The notes below the pieces were generated by a model, which was given only the letters and a program-made list of their open reading frames with translations, was not told the origin of the DNA and did no database searches. This document shows positions 26,719-40,566 of a stretch of 64,000 nt of DNA, piece by piece. The stretch is from Rhina ancylostomus (lineage: Eukaryota). How positions within the stretch are numbered: the stretch's first letter is position 1; each line of letters opens with the position of its first letter. Both the position numbers and the translations under genes were made by a program. The DNA is taken from NCBI GenBank assembly GCA_030265395.1, contig JARFYF010000084.1, positions 88,166,273 to 88,230,272 on the forward strand, read 5' to 3'.

Positions 26719-28261
26719 TGTTAATTTTCAGTTGGGAGTTCTGCAAAAAGAAAGATGCAAGGGTAGGGTATTGTGGAAGAGGAGCATATAAAAGCATGCA
26801 GCTTAAAAAACAGAAGAGACTGTGGGGTGAAGGACAACTGAGATACACAAAGGACAGTACTCTCTTACCTGATACTTATGTTCAACAATCTCAATACCAC
26901 TACTGGTGTGGATTCAGTGGTGACCACACAAATAACTACCAGCACTCTTCTCTCCACACCAGTGGACTGATGGGCTTGGACCTGCCCCACACCTGCCTGT
27001 TCCCAATAGCTCTAGGTACGCAATGTTATGACTGGAAGATATGATATGTCGAAGTGAAGGTTGGAGTAGTGGTATGATTACCAGGCTCAGGTGGATGTAC
27101 ATGTTTGGTTAGACTCCAGATGGAAAGAGATTGCTTTTAGGTCAGGATGATGGTTGTGGTGAGGGAGGTAGGGTGGTGGTAGGGTGTGGTAGTTAATTAG
27201 TGGTCAGGGGATGGTTTGGGTCAGCATATCTCTGTAAAAGGGGGTAGGGGCGAAGGGGATCACAAGTGTAGAGCAGGTAAAGGAAGTGGTTGTGTTCACC
27301 ACCTGGGATTAGGGACTGTGTGTGGGGAACTCAAGGAAGACCCTGTTAACACTAAGCTGGATTCTCAATACTGGACTGTGGTCTGTTCAGGTAAGACCCT
27401 CTGAGTAATGCCAAAGTTGGCATGGTGCACAGATGCATTACAGGACATTACAGAAGCGGCATTTAACTGTGTGTCACGTTAATGGGTGTCACTGTCTGGA
27501 TTGTGCCATGTATTAGCAAGTTGGTTCAGAAGGAAAATGGTGGGCATGTCTACCCAAGCCTTAAACCCGATTTTCATTTGTGTTTTGTTTTTTTTAAATG
27601 GGAACTAAGACATGTAACACACAAAAATATGGCAATCCAATTCCTGAGCAGCGTCAAGTGTAATTGAAAATAAAAGAAATTACAGATCCTGAAACCATGA
27701 ATAAAGTAACTGAAAGTGCTGCATATACTCAGCAGGTCAGGCAGCTTATGTCCAGAGAAAAAGAAAAGTTAACTTTTCAAGTTGATGATGCTCCATCAGT
27801 ACTGAAGAAACATGAAAGCAAATGTCTTTTCAGGTGTAGAGGGAGAAACGGTTGAAAAAATAAAGCAAATACATGCGACAGGATGGAAACCATACTTGTC
27901 CAGGTTACACCATGTGTTTGAAGCCATCTACTTAATAGGCCAATGAAGGGTCAAAGAAAGATTTGTGTTCAACAGATGAAAATACCATGATATTAGTGTA
28001 CGATTAATTTTTGAAGCCCAAGACTGTTTACATCTTCACTAATCAAAGTGTAAAAATAATAATGGTAAATTACAGTTAAAGTACCTTGAAGTATAAACTA
28101 TCTACTAATGTTCTTTCTTTAATAAAATTTCCAATGTGCCCAGGGCTTAATTTGTAAGAACTGATTTTTCAACTTGCATTTGATTCCTTTCTCACAGATT
28201 TTCCAATCCATAGGTTAATGAACAAATGTATGCTAACATGTATAAATAACAACATGTATGC

Positions 28262-28418
28262 TAATCATCACTGATGCCCCACAATTCTATGTCCTCAGCC
28301 TCCTACTTTACTCCCTATACACTCACAACTGCATAACCAGATTCTGCTCTAACTCCATCTACAAGTTTGCAGATGACTCCACAATAGTGGGCCAAATCTC
28401 AAATAATGATGAATCAGA
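28262..28418 (+). mobile_element. Rex1/Babar-like RT fragment, host element, left part
   Basis: ORF 28258 reads APQFYVLSLLLYSLYTHNC...IYKFADDSTIVGQISNNDES; the protein continues at 30523. Confidence 0.85.
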
Positions 28419-30522
28419 ATCAGGCTTTTTGCTACTGACATATGTCGTGAAATTTGTTGTTTTGTGGCAGCAGTACAGTGCAAGACATAAAATTATTATA
28501 GGCTGCAAAAATAAATAGTGCAAAAGAGGTATAACGAGGTAGTGTTCATGGACCATTCAGAAATCTGATGGCAGAGGGAAAGAAGCTGTTCCTAAAGCAT
28601 TGAGTGTAGGTCTTCAGGCTCCTGTACCTCCTCCCTGATGGTAGTAACACAAAGAGGGCATGTCCCAGTGGTGAGGGTCCTTAATGATGGATGCCGCCTT
28701 CTTGAGGCACCATATCTTGAAGATGTCCTCGATGGCGGGGAGGGTTGTGCCCTTGATGGAGCTGGCCGAGTCTACAACCCTCTGCAGCCTCTGTTGATCC
28801 TGCACATTGGAGCCTCCATACCAGGTGATGATGCAACCAGTCAGAATCCTCTCCAATGTCCATCTGTAAAAATCTGCAAGAGTCTTNNNNNNNNNNNNNN
28901 NNNNNNNNNNNNNNNNNNNNNNNNNNNNNNNNNNNNNNNNNNNNNNNNNNNNNNNNNNNNNNNNNNNNNNNNNNNNNNNNNNNNNNCCTCTCCAATGTAC
29001 ATCTGTAAAAATCTGCAAGAGTCTTTGGTGATGCACCAAATCTCCTCAAACTCCTAATGAAGTATAGCTGCTAGTGTGCCTCCTTCATGATGAATGTGTT
29101 GGGCCCAAGAGAGATCCTCTGAGATGTTGACTCCCAGAAACTGGAAGCTGCTCACCCTTTCTACCGCTGGCCCCTCAATGAAGACCAGTGTGTCTTCTCC
29201 CGACTTCCTCTTCTTGAAGTCCACAATAAGTTCCTTGGACTTGCTGATGTTGAGTGTGAGGTTGTAGTGGCGACACCACTCAACCAGCCGATCTATCTCA
29301 CTCCTAAACGCCTCCTCATCGCCATCTGAGATTCTGCCAACAACAGTGTTGTCATCGGTGAACTTATAGATGGCATTTGAGCTGTGCCTAGGCACACAGT
29401 CATGAATACAGACACAGTAGAGCATTGGGTTAAGCACGCATCCTTGAGGTGCGCCTGTGTTGATTGTCAACAAGGAGGAGACGTAAGTACCGATCCACAC
29501 TGACTGTGGTCTGCTGAGAAGGAAGTCAAGGATTTGGGTGGAGAGGCAGGTACAGAGGCCCAGGTTTTGAAACTTGGTGATAAGTACTGAGGGGATAATG
29601 TTGTTGAATGGCAAGCTGTAATCGATAAACAGCAGCCTGACTTATGTTTTACTGTTGTATAAGTGCTCCAAAGCTGAGTGAAGAGCCAGTGAGATTGCAT
29701 TCACTGTAGACCTGTTGTGGCAGTAGGCAAATTGCAGTGGGTCCAGGTCCTTGCTCAGTCAGGAGCTAATTCTAGCCATGACCAACCTCCCAAAGCACTT
29801 CTTCACAGCAGATGTGAGTACTACCGGGCAACAGTCATTGAGGCAGATCACCCTGCTCTTCTATGGCGCCGGTATGATTGATGCCTTTTTGAACCAGATG
29901 GTAACCTCCAACTACAGCAGTGAGAGGTTGAAGATATCCTTGAACACTCCAGCCAGTTGGCTAGCGCAAGTTTTCAGTACCCTGCCAAGTACACCTTCGG
30001 GGCTTGCCACCTTGAGAGCCTTCACTCTCTTGAAAGATGTTCTGATGTCGGCCTCTGAGACAAAGATCACAGGGTCACCAGATGCTGTGGGGATTCACAT
30101 GGGTGTAGTGTTATTCTCCTTTTTAAAGCGTGCATAAGAGGCACTGAGCTCATCAGGGAGTGAAGCATCACTGCCATTTATGTTGTTAGGTTTCACCTTA
30201 CAGGAAGTAATGGCATGCAAACCCTGCCACAGCCGTTGTGAGTCCAATTGTGTATCTAACTTCACACAGAATTGCCTTTTCACTCTCACGATGGCCTTTC
30301 ATAGGTTGTAGCTGGACTTCTTGTATGGTTCTGGATCGCTGGTCTTGAACGCCACAGGTCTAGTCCTCAGCAGACTGCGAATCTCCTAGTTCATCCAGGG
30401 CTTCTGGTTTGGGAAGACTTGGTATATTCTCAACGGCAGACACTCTTCCACGCAGGTCTTAATGAAGTTGGTGACAGCCGTGGCATATTCATTCACATCA
30501 GAGGATGAGTCCCTGAATATGT
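28419..30522 (-). mobile_element. Rex1/Babar-like LINE, 5'-truncated, nested in another Rex1-like copy
   Basis: ORF 29054-29614 reads [15 protein letters not shown]...[14 protein letters not shown]...[15 protein letters not shown]. Further RT and tether frames extend to 30500. Flanked by TCAGA direct repeats. Confidence 0.9.
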
Positions 30523-30862
30523 TCAGAGTACAGGACGGAGAAAGAGAGCCTAGTGACATGGTATCATGACAACAACCTTTCCCTCAATGTCAGCAAAATA
30601 CAAGAGCTAGTCATTGACTTCAGGAAGGAGAGCAGTGCACACACTCCTGTTTACATCAACAGTGCCAAGGTCCAGAGGGTCGAGAGCTTCAAGTTCCTAG
30701 GAGTGAACATTATCAATAGCCTGTCCTGGTCCAACCATGTAGATGCCATGGCCAAGAAAGCACACCAGCGCCTCTCATTTCTCAGGAGGCAAAAAAGAAA
30801 TTTGGCATGTCCCCGTTGACCCTCACAAATTTTTACAGCTGCACCACAGAATTCATCCTTTC
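30523..30862 (+). mobile_element. Rex1/Babar-like RT fragment, host element, right part
   Basis: SEYRTEKESLVTWYHDNNLSLNVSKIQELVIDFRK...FKFLGVNI; runs into the gap of about 1 kb. Confidence 0.85.
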
Positions 30863-33800
30863 NNNNNNNNNNNNNNNNNNNNNNNNNNNNNNNNNNNNNN
30901 NNNNNNNNNNNNNNNNNNNNNNNNNNNNNNNNNNNNNNNNNNNNNNNNNNNNNNNNNNNNNNNNNNNNNNNNNNNNNNNNNNNNNNNNNNNNNNNNNNNN
31001 NNNNNNNNNNNNNNNNNNNNNNNNNNNNNNNNNNNNNNNNNNNNNNNNNNNNNNNNNNNNNNNNNNNNNNNNNNNNNNNNNNNNNNNNNNNNNNNNNNNN
31101 NNNNNNNNNNNNNNNNNNNNNNNNNNNNNNNNNNNNNNNNNNNNNNNNNNNNNNNNNNNNNNNNNNNNNNNNNNNNNNNNNNNNNNNNNNNNNNNNNNNN
31201 NNNNNNNNNNNNNNNNNNNNNNNNNNNNNNNNNNNNNNNNNNNNNNNNNNNNNNNNNNNNNNNNNNNNNNNNNNNNNNNNNNNNNNNNNNNNNNNNNNNN
31301 NNNNNNNNNNNNNNNNNNNNNNNNNNNNNNNNNNNNNNNNNNNNNNNNNNNNNNNNNNNNNNNNNNNNNNNNNNNNNNNNNNNNNNNNNNNNNNNNNNNN
31401 NNNNNNNNNNNNNNNNNNNNNNNNNNNNNNNNNNNNNNNNNNNNNNNNNNNNNNNNNNNNNNNNNNNNNNNNNNNNNNNNNNNNNNNNNNNNNNNNNNNN
31501 NNNNNNNNNNNNNNNNNNNNNNNNNNNNNNNNNNNNNNNNNNNNNNNNNNNNNNNNNNNNNNNNNNNNNNNNNNNNNNNNNNNNNNNNNNNNNNNNNNNN
31601 NNNNNNNNNNNNNNNNNNNNNNNNNNNNNNNNNNNNNNNNNNNNNNNNNNNNNNNNNNNNNNNNNNNNNNNNNNNNNNNNNNNNNNNNNNNNNNNNNNNN
31701 NNNNNNNNNNNNNNNNNNNNNNNNNNNNNNNNNNNNNNNNNNNNNNNNNNNNNNNNNNNNNNNNNNNNNNNNNNNNNNNNNNNNNNNNNNNNNNNNNNNN
31801 NNNNNNNNNNNNNNNNNNNNNNNNNNNNNNNNNNNNNNNNNNNNNNNNNNNNNNNNNNNNNCAATATCCAAAGCATTGCCAGATTTGGATGCACTTGCCT
31901 TATTTACAACTCCAATAACATTACTAACCTCTGAAATAAAAAATTTAATACTTACATGGGAATAACATGAAAGAATTTAATTTTTAAGAATGGGCACTAA
32001 ATAAACAGACTTACAAAGTCTTAGCAATTTGAATTATGGAATAAACACCTTTGTGTCAAGCTTGTTGATAAATAGGCATGCAGTAATATGTTTTGAATTC
32101 ATTCCTTCCAGTATCTGAACTGTATCCAAAATCAATTCACTTAGAACCACTATGACTACCAGTGTGAATTCTTTTCAATTCTATTTGTGGCTTATTCTAA
32201 ATAAGACACATAGAGGAAAGGCTAGTGTTCAAAACCACTATATTATTCAGTTGCAAGGCTTTATTCCTTCTTGATAGAGACCAGCCACTGCTCTAAAGGA
32301 TGTTATCAGTCAGATGTTGATAGTCTTGTTTGACAAACTTTTTTTATGCAGATGCAGAAAAGACTGAAGGAAGATATGCTGTGGAGTTATTTAACAGATG
32401 AAGAGATCATCTTCATAACCTGATAAGTTACAACAGGAGCAGGTGGCAAAACTGAGTACATTTTATGACAATGCTCTATCACTCTACAGGTCTCTAAACA
32501 GTATCAGTGCAACAGAATTGCAGCTAATGATGACCAATCTATTTATTATTTAAACTGGGTAGAAATTTTCACCAATGTGGGGTTATGGAATAGTCTGATA
32601 TCAATCTTGGGAATCCAGAGTTTGAGAGATTCCTGGGCTGCCATTGCTGAAAAAGCAAGGTTTCATGGGTTTTTCCTCCTTTAGACATCAAAGATACTTG
32701 AAATTTCGAATGAAATATTGGCCACCACATTTTAATTAAGAACACCTTACAAAAATATAATAATTTTAACGTATTACCTGAAGCTTTTAATGTAAGGTAA
32801 ATTTATTTCTGAATTCTGCTGATTCATACAAAATCTACAAACTGAGATCTTAAGGTAGACCATTAAATAATTTGCCTTCAACCTTGTCCTAGCAGACCTT
32901 GATAGCTGTATGTTATTTCAATCATTACTGTAAATGAGATTTGAGCAATTTCACAATGTAATTGAAAACAATTATTGTAAATGTTACTCAACATCTACCT
33001 GAACGATGTGGACCACAGATGTAAAATAAAAGTGAATATTGTAGAGAATGCATTGTACTGATTATTAACATTTAATCTTTACAGATTAACAGTGGAGCAG
33101 GCTTTTTTTCTGTGCAAGTTTGCAGTTTAAAATTTAATTATGATATGCCTCTGAAATTTTCATGCTTATTTTTACAAAAAGGAATCAAGTCATCTGAACC
33201 TTAAGCATCTAATGCAATGAGTAGAGCTATTATGCCAAGCATGTAGATAACTGGTTTCAATGATTTATTGGATTTATTATCCAGGCATTTGCAAAAACAA
33301 ATGGAGAGAAAAACACAAAAGGATGTGAACAAGAATCTTCAGCCTTCCAAGAAAAAAAGTTTCACTTCACTGCTCTTTGACTTTAGTGCAGGGCAATGTG
33401 AAATAATAAATAAAATTCTCATTTGTAAAGGTAGAAAGCAATTATTTAAAAAATGCTATACATTTGAACAAATTAATGTTTAGAATGTATCTATGGCTAG
33501 CATTTATAAGCAATGATGATACACAAATCAAATAACATTTCACAAAAAAATAATCAAATGAAACTAGTGCAAATGAAAATTGGCTCTCTGCATCCCAGGA
33601 AGGATGCCAAGTCAAACAATTTTAAGTAATCTTCATCATGTTTTCAATGGCTATATGAGATTACAGCACAAAGCTAGACCCAAATCAGCACCCATAGACA
33701 ATCTTCCTCAAAAATAAAAGGATGCATAGTGCAAAAAAAAGGACAACAGTAATGCATGCTGGCATTTACATTTGGTTTATCTGTATTTGACCTTGGAGTG

Positions 33801-35065
33801 ATTGATACTGGCACTGTAACCAAAAGTATTGAGCATAAAAATGTATGAAAAAATTTGAACTTCAGAATAGGTCTTCCATAATATGCTATTTGAAATTGCA
33901 GAGTAGTATCAGTCAGATGTTGATAGTGAAAACTATCTCCATGCTCTACATTCCACTTTCCAGCATGAGATATTGATTGGTGATTATGAGTAGAAGGCAT
34001 TGTTTACGTTTACTAGTGTCTCTTCCAGGAGTACTGAGATAGTGATTCATTATCCTGACTGAGATAAACTATTATAGAATATATAATAACTGAGTTAGTA
34101 CCTTATTGTACCCAGATGATTAAACTATCCACTCTGCTGTTAGAAAAAAAATGCATCTTTTAGATAAAGATAATATCTCAGTGATATGACACTAGGCTAT
34201 TTCCATTAACAAACACTATTTGATATGATACTTGGCTGGGGATCATGAATCGCTATAGCTGCGTGCACATTTTTAACTCTATACCCAGTTCATTCATTTT
34301 TTTTTAGACAATAAAATTACACAAAGATACTGTAAATTGCTGCAAACTTGGGTATGCCACGGATATTTTCTCAGGTTCAGTAGTGCCAGTCAATCTTTGA
34401 ACTGTATTCATTCCTGTTCAATGTGAACTCTTATGATAATATAATCAAGTAACATAATATCCAAATCCTCTGATGACCTGAATCAGATATTAGACCATTC
34501 TTGCATTCATTTCCTCCAAGGAACATGAAGTATGACAAGAACTGATACAAATCACTCAGCTCCTTCATTTCATGTAAAGTGAACACATGAGCAGCATTTA
34601 TGTTTGGCTTTACTAATTCAGCACATATCTTTACATAACATATAATAACTAACATATTCTGTTTCCTTGGATGAATGTATTATTCTGTTCATCTATTCTG
34701 CATTCTGGCTCATTACTCACCTATGGAATAACCCTTTCTTCAAGCCTCCAATATCTTTCATTGAACCTGCCTTTTCTGGGGCCTACATGTCTATAATTTC
34801 TCTCAAACAAGGTTTCCACCCTCTCCTCACAGAGATAGAGTTTTCCAACACAGTACCTACTAGATTTATTGAAGGATCAGATTAGCTAAACAAAAAATCA
34901 GTTATGTTTAACTCTAAGGGGAAACTTCACTTTGCAGAAGATTGAGAGATCTCAATGACTTAAAGGCAACAAGTTGGTAGTTGATACCAATGATCAGATG
35001 TTCAATTGCTGATCAACAGCTGGAGATAACAGAATTGTGCATGTTGCTTTCACCTCAATTAATGG

Positions 35066-35159
35066 AAATATTTATTGTAACAGTCTATCTGTATTTTCAC
35101 TCCATAAATGTATAAAATTCTGGAATGAAAATACAGATAGACTGTTATAATAAATATTT
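35066..35159. repeat. Inverted repeat (hairpin) with 39-bp arms and a 16-nt loop
   Basis: 35066-35104 against 35121-35159: 37 of 39 positions are complementary. Confidence 0.9.
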
Positions 35160-38100
35160 ATAAGTATTTTTAATGCAATTCCAAATACAATAATGTCAAA
35201 CTAAAGTTATATACGGAGACAACAGATATTATCCAAAGTTAGTAAAAAAAAAGTCAATAGAAGTATCATATAGGTTTTCTCACATGGTACCACATTTTCT
35301 AGTACTTTTAATGAATACAAAAACATATACCTAAAAGAGATCATCAAGGTCCAAAGTAACACTTGACCATTTGGCCGAAAAAATTATTTAGTGTCTGCAA
35401 AGAAGGAAGAGATGAAGTTCCAATATTATAAGCCAGCTATTCTGCTTCTTCTATCACTGAAGGTTTCAGAAGAATCAATGTTGTGGGGGAAAAGGTACAG
35501 TTAANNNNNNNNNNNNNNNNNNNNNNNNNNNNNNNNNNNNNNNNNNNNNNNNNNNNNNNNNNNNNNNNNNNNNNNNNNNNNNNNNNNNNNNNNNNNNNNN
35601 NNNNNNNNNNNNNNNNNNNNNNNNNNNNNNNNNNNNNNNNNNNNNNNNNNNNNNNNNNNNNNNNNNNNNNNNNNNNNNNNNNNNNNNNNNNNNNNNNNNN
35701 NNNNNNNNNNNNNNNNNNNNNNNNNNNNNNNNNNNNNNNNNNNNNNNNNNNNGAATAAGCATTTAATTTGTGCATGGCATGGTTGAAGGTGAAAAGTTGA
35801 GCAGAGATAATGGAAGAGCTCTGGAAGACTCAGATCAGATTTCCATTACTTTAGTAGCCAAGTTAATGATTTAAAATAAATTGATTAACATTATTATTAA
35901 AATAATGGAACATTAAATGAAGGTAATAAACCTGGTCCTTCATTTATAATCAACAATAATGCCTTGGTTAATAATGCACATTTTATTTTCTGTTTATCCT
36001 TTGAACTCATCTTTATTGAGACAGTTTATTCAGTAACGAGACATTCAGAAGGACTGTGGTAACAACGGACAACAGTTTGGTACCTTTTCTCTCACTAAAA
36101 CAGTTTAAACTGTTACAATTCACTACTGATCTGAATGTAAGGCACTCTATTCAGCACTGAAATGTTCCTTTAGTTACCTTAAAATAGAAAAAAAATCATG
36201 TTTCTGCATGTCTGTAACATCTGGTGGTTCAGGGTTAACATTTAAATTTGTTCTGTTTATGCAAATTAAAGCTTTTAAAGGGTTAATGGCACAAGCTTAC
36301 AAAATCACGTACCAAAAACAGCTTGTGAGTCTGCAAATTTTTTAATGCATGTTACCACAGAAATACACTGTGGTATGTTAATAGTAATCATTGAACAAAA
36401 CTGAAAGCTTATTTATACCTTCCTAGAATGAACATTATTGTAAATGGCATCTTTGATGAGTACCGATACCCCCTTTTATTTACATCCTCAGTGTGATTAG
36501 CTGCAGAATCTTTCAATGCTTCCAGTAAATAACTGCATTGATTCTTATAATTTTTTTTAACGTTTTAATCAATTTATCCTCCCACCACAGTATCGTCCTT
36601 CATCTGAGACAGAATGGTCTGTTAAGTTTCTCCACATCACAATCCATGAATAGGGCAGCAGAATAACATCCTCAGCAAAATCTAAATTGTCCTTTTCCCC
36701 CACTGAGGTGCAGTACGAAACATGAACCAAACTGTCTCAGAATCAGTAAGACACACTCACATAGGGTGGTCAGTCTCTTGCACTTGTTGACATTAAAACA
36801 CAAATTAATGCTTCCAACTACTGGGCCACTCCAAGTAACTTGAAGGAACTTACCGCCTGTTTGCTAAGGAAGTCTCAAGGAATAACTCATCCCTTGTTAC
36901 TTTTTATAGCTGAGTAATATAAATTAGAAATAATCTGCTGGCAAGTATTTTCTAAATATGATGGAGCTTGCCAATGATGGTACAAATAGAATGAGGTGTT
37001 GGTATAGACATCCTACATTTATATTGTTCTGGAACAAAGCTCCAAAGATGGGAAGACGCAGTCAAACTGGCATTCACACTTCTGCAGTCCAGGATTCATT
37101 TAATTCAAACCCAAAATTAAATCTATATAAGATGAAAGATTTGAAATGCAGGTGATCCAGCATTGTGGGACTGAAAACGTTGCCTTGATTAGTCAATAAT
37201 TCAACATCAGACTGATTACAATCCAGTTTATTTTCATTATTTTAATTAACAAGAAACTGTAATGTTTGAGTATTATCCTGAGTTTTTTTAAAATTACAAA
37301 TGGACAGCAGGACAAATGTGCGAGCCACTATACCAGCCACCAACCATCCAACTGAACTGAATATCAAGAAGGCTGATGCAACACTACCCAATCATCACTA
37401 TGCCCAAGGCAGATCTTTTCTTCTCCAGTCCTTCTCCCACATCAATTCATGCATTTGGATCAGATTGCCACTTGATGCAAAAAGCTTGAACACCAGCAGT
37501 GAACAAGCTCATTGGACAGCATCATAGGTGAAAGTGCCAAAGACACAAAAGGGTTGATAACATGATCAGGGTTGAGCAAGGACAATAATCGGCTCCACAA
37601 GTGGGGTAATATTGATGAATGTGAAATAAAAACAAAATGCATTAGAAATACACGGAGAGAGAGAGAGAGAGAAACAAAGGAGAAAGTGAAAGTGGAGAAG
37701 GGAAAAGGACTGTAGTTTATAGGGATAATTAATGTCAGAAGGCTAGCAAGTGCAAGGCAAAACAAAGGCAGTAGTGAGACAAAGGACTGCCATGGGGGTG
37801 TGTGAAAATGGGAACAGCAGAGTTATCTGAAACAACAAAAGGAAAACACTGACAATGTTGGAAATCTGGGAACAGAAAATGCTGGAAATACTTAATGTCT
37901 GAAATTGTTGAACGCACCGGGCTGGATGACCCACCCTGCTGACAACCTGTAACTACCTTTGTTTCTGGTCAGAAGGCGGCCAGGTCGAAAGAGTGGCTTC
38001 ACTTACTAATGAAGCCCGTCCCTCACTGTACCAGAAGGTGAGAGATGGGCTTTGAGTTGGCAGGTGCTCACTATCCTCCCCACTCCCACCCCACCCTCAC

Positions 38101-39139
38101 AACCATCCACCACACATTTACTGGTTCAGCAAAGTATTTTCGGTAAGCATGGATTAAAGAATGGTGGGATGTTCCTGGATAAGTGAGACCCTGGAAAGGA
38201 TTAGGATCTCCGAGTAGTCCAGGAATCCAATGGGAAGGGAGTTGTGGGGAGCAGTGAATGTTTTTGTAAAGCATGTCCATATAATTGCCTAAAATACCAG
38301 ACATCATAATTGATGGGATTGAATGTTATGATACATCAAGTAGGAATGATAAGATGTTCTCGTACAGTGCAGTGTACTTGGGACTTATTTAGATTTTCTT
38401 ATCTATAATATTTGTTTCCATTGAATATCAACATGGAGTAGGGGTTTTAAAGGAGACTTTGAAGTCAGACAAACAAGTAAACAGAAACAGAAGCACGTCT
38501 TAAATTTAATTCTAACAGCTTCTCAGTTGTGTCTTTTATTTTGGAATGAGGCAGGGGAGGTACAAAGCCCCTCCCCACCCCAAAAAGGAATCAAGGGATT
38601 CCATGCCAACCCCTTTAGCCAACACAAACAGCACAAAGCAAAATTTGCCTTTGATTCAGCCTGACAGACTGTCAGGAGTCGCCAAGATCACTGATGTTTC
38701 CTGATTTGCACACTACAAGGGGAGTTGGAGGCAAGAGGGAAAACACTTTTGTTCTCCCCTTCCTCTTTTCTCAGGATCTTAAAGACCCAATTGAAAGATG
38801 CAATGCTGTTTCTCAAGCTTATGTTGAACTTCTTTGGAACAGCGTAGCATATCTTGGACAGGTAAGAAAGAGTGGGAGAGGGATGAAAAATAAAATTGAA
38901 AGGTAATTGGATGTTCAAAGTGATGTTTGCAAACTTAATTAAGCTGTTGTGCAAAGGAGTCATCCAATCTGTGTTTGATCTCTCCCATGTTGAGGAAACA
39001 AAGAGGCATGTGAAGCCAGATGATTTGCAGTAATTTCATGGATGCATTTCTCATGATGTGNNNNNNNNNNNNNNNNNNNNNNNNNNNNNNNNNNNNNNNN
39101 NNNNNNNNNNNNNNNNNNNNNNNNNNNNNNNNNNNNCCC

Positions 39140-39460
39140 CCCCCACCGCCTCCCCAACACACCTTCTAGAGTATCAAGATTTCTCCTGAATTCTTTTTGG
39201 ATTTTTTTGTGGCTACCATAATTAAACCCTCTGGTTTTGGTCTTCCTCACAAGTGAAAACATCTCCATATCTACCCATCAAATTCTTTCATGATTTCCAA
39301 TCTTCTTCTCAGTTACTCATCACACTTTTTCTGAAGAAGAGAGTTCCTGCCTATTTCAACCTTTCTTGATAGGTATAGCTTCTCAGTTTTGTTCCATATT
39401 TACAATTGCTTTGTGCATCTTCTCTGGTAAATCCTATTTATGACATGGGAACCAGAACAT
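39140..39460 (-). mobile_element. Old CR1 3' remnant
   Basis: Minus frame resembles MFSLV.KTKTRG...I..EFRRN. Confidence 0.55.
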
Positions 39461-40402
39461 GGGAAATCAAAGGTCGATTCAAAACCAACTTAACCACTCT
39501 TTTTTTATAAATCTGTTTCTTCAAGATTGTACCCCAGTCCTCTATATTAATTACATTTACAAATTTGTTGATATCCCTAAATTTTGAAGCTGTGCTTCTA
39601 AGTTCTTACTTCTAAGTCTCCTTTAAGATCCCTACTCCACGTTGATATTCAACAGAAACAATATTACAGATAAGAAAATCTAAATAAGTCCCTAGTACCC
39701 TGCATTATATGAGAACGTGTTATCCTTTCTGCTTGATGTTTCATAACATTCAATCTGCAAGATCAAAAATAATTAGCCCATACAGTTGAAATGTATTTCA
39801 TTTAGAAAAAGCAATGTTTTGTTTTTACAAAGCCATCAGTCATTTTGAAATTTGAAATTAATTATTTTCTTCCTTCTGCATTGATTATTCTATTTTTATT
39901 GATAAATGTTTTTGTTGTGCTTTGGCACATACTGCAATGCTAAGGAACAATACAAATGTTGCTTTTTGTTTTAGTTACACCATCAATCACAGTTCTGGTG
40001 GCATTGTTCATGGATGATGAGGCAGAAAGTAATCATCTCTGAGGCATTAACTGGAGGAAATATGAGGGAGGTTCAGCGTTATTGCTGGAAGCAGTCAGTG
40101 GAATCACTGGCATCCCATGGAGTCCCATAACTTTCAGGAAGACATTCATTGACTTCACAGAAATGGAGATGGTACATCAAGGCACCACTGCTGATCAATA
40201 TCCTGTGCAACTGATCGTCTTCTGCCACCATTTTACCTCTAACTTTTTCTGAGTGACGAGTAAACTTAATTTTAAAGTGCAATCTATTCAAAATATATGA
40301 GAACTATCTGGCTTTATGACCACCTTTGTCAACACACATAGCTTGTCAAAAAAGATTCAACTAATCTTTAAAAACAATTCATCTGAAAGACATGTACCTT
40401 AC

Positions 40403-40566
40403 CTTCATCAGTAGGACAGGATCCATTACGTTCATGTGAACGAAACAAGTTTTCACACCACTCACACAAACGAAAAAGTGACTGAAAACTCCAAATGAGC
40501 AAAATACACAAATCCTGCAAACCATGACTCCATGTAAACAGATTTTTCTGCCTGATAATCTGCAGA
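40403..40566 (-). other. Candidate internal exon of an unidentified minus-strand transcript
   Basis: Branch-like ctcac, pyrimidine tract and CAG acceptor; AAG|GTAAGG donor; open in the phase required by the 44557-44777 candidate. No homology recognised. Confidence 0.35.

Noticed and set aside
30651-31934. Long ORFs of 350-400 aa, and similar X-rich ORFs at 16.3-16.9 kb and 35.4-35.8 kb
   Set aside because: They stay open only because they cross N gaps.
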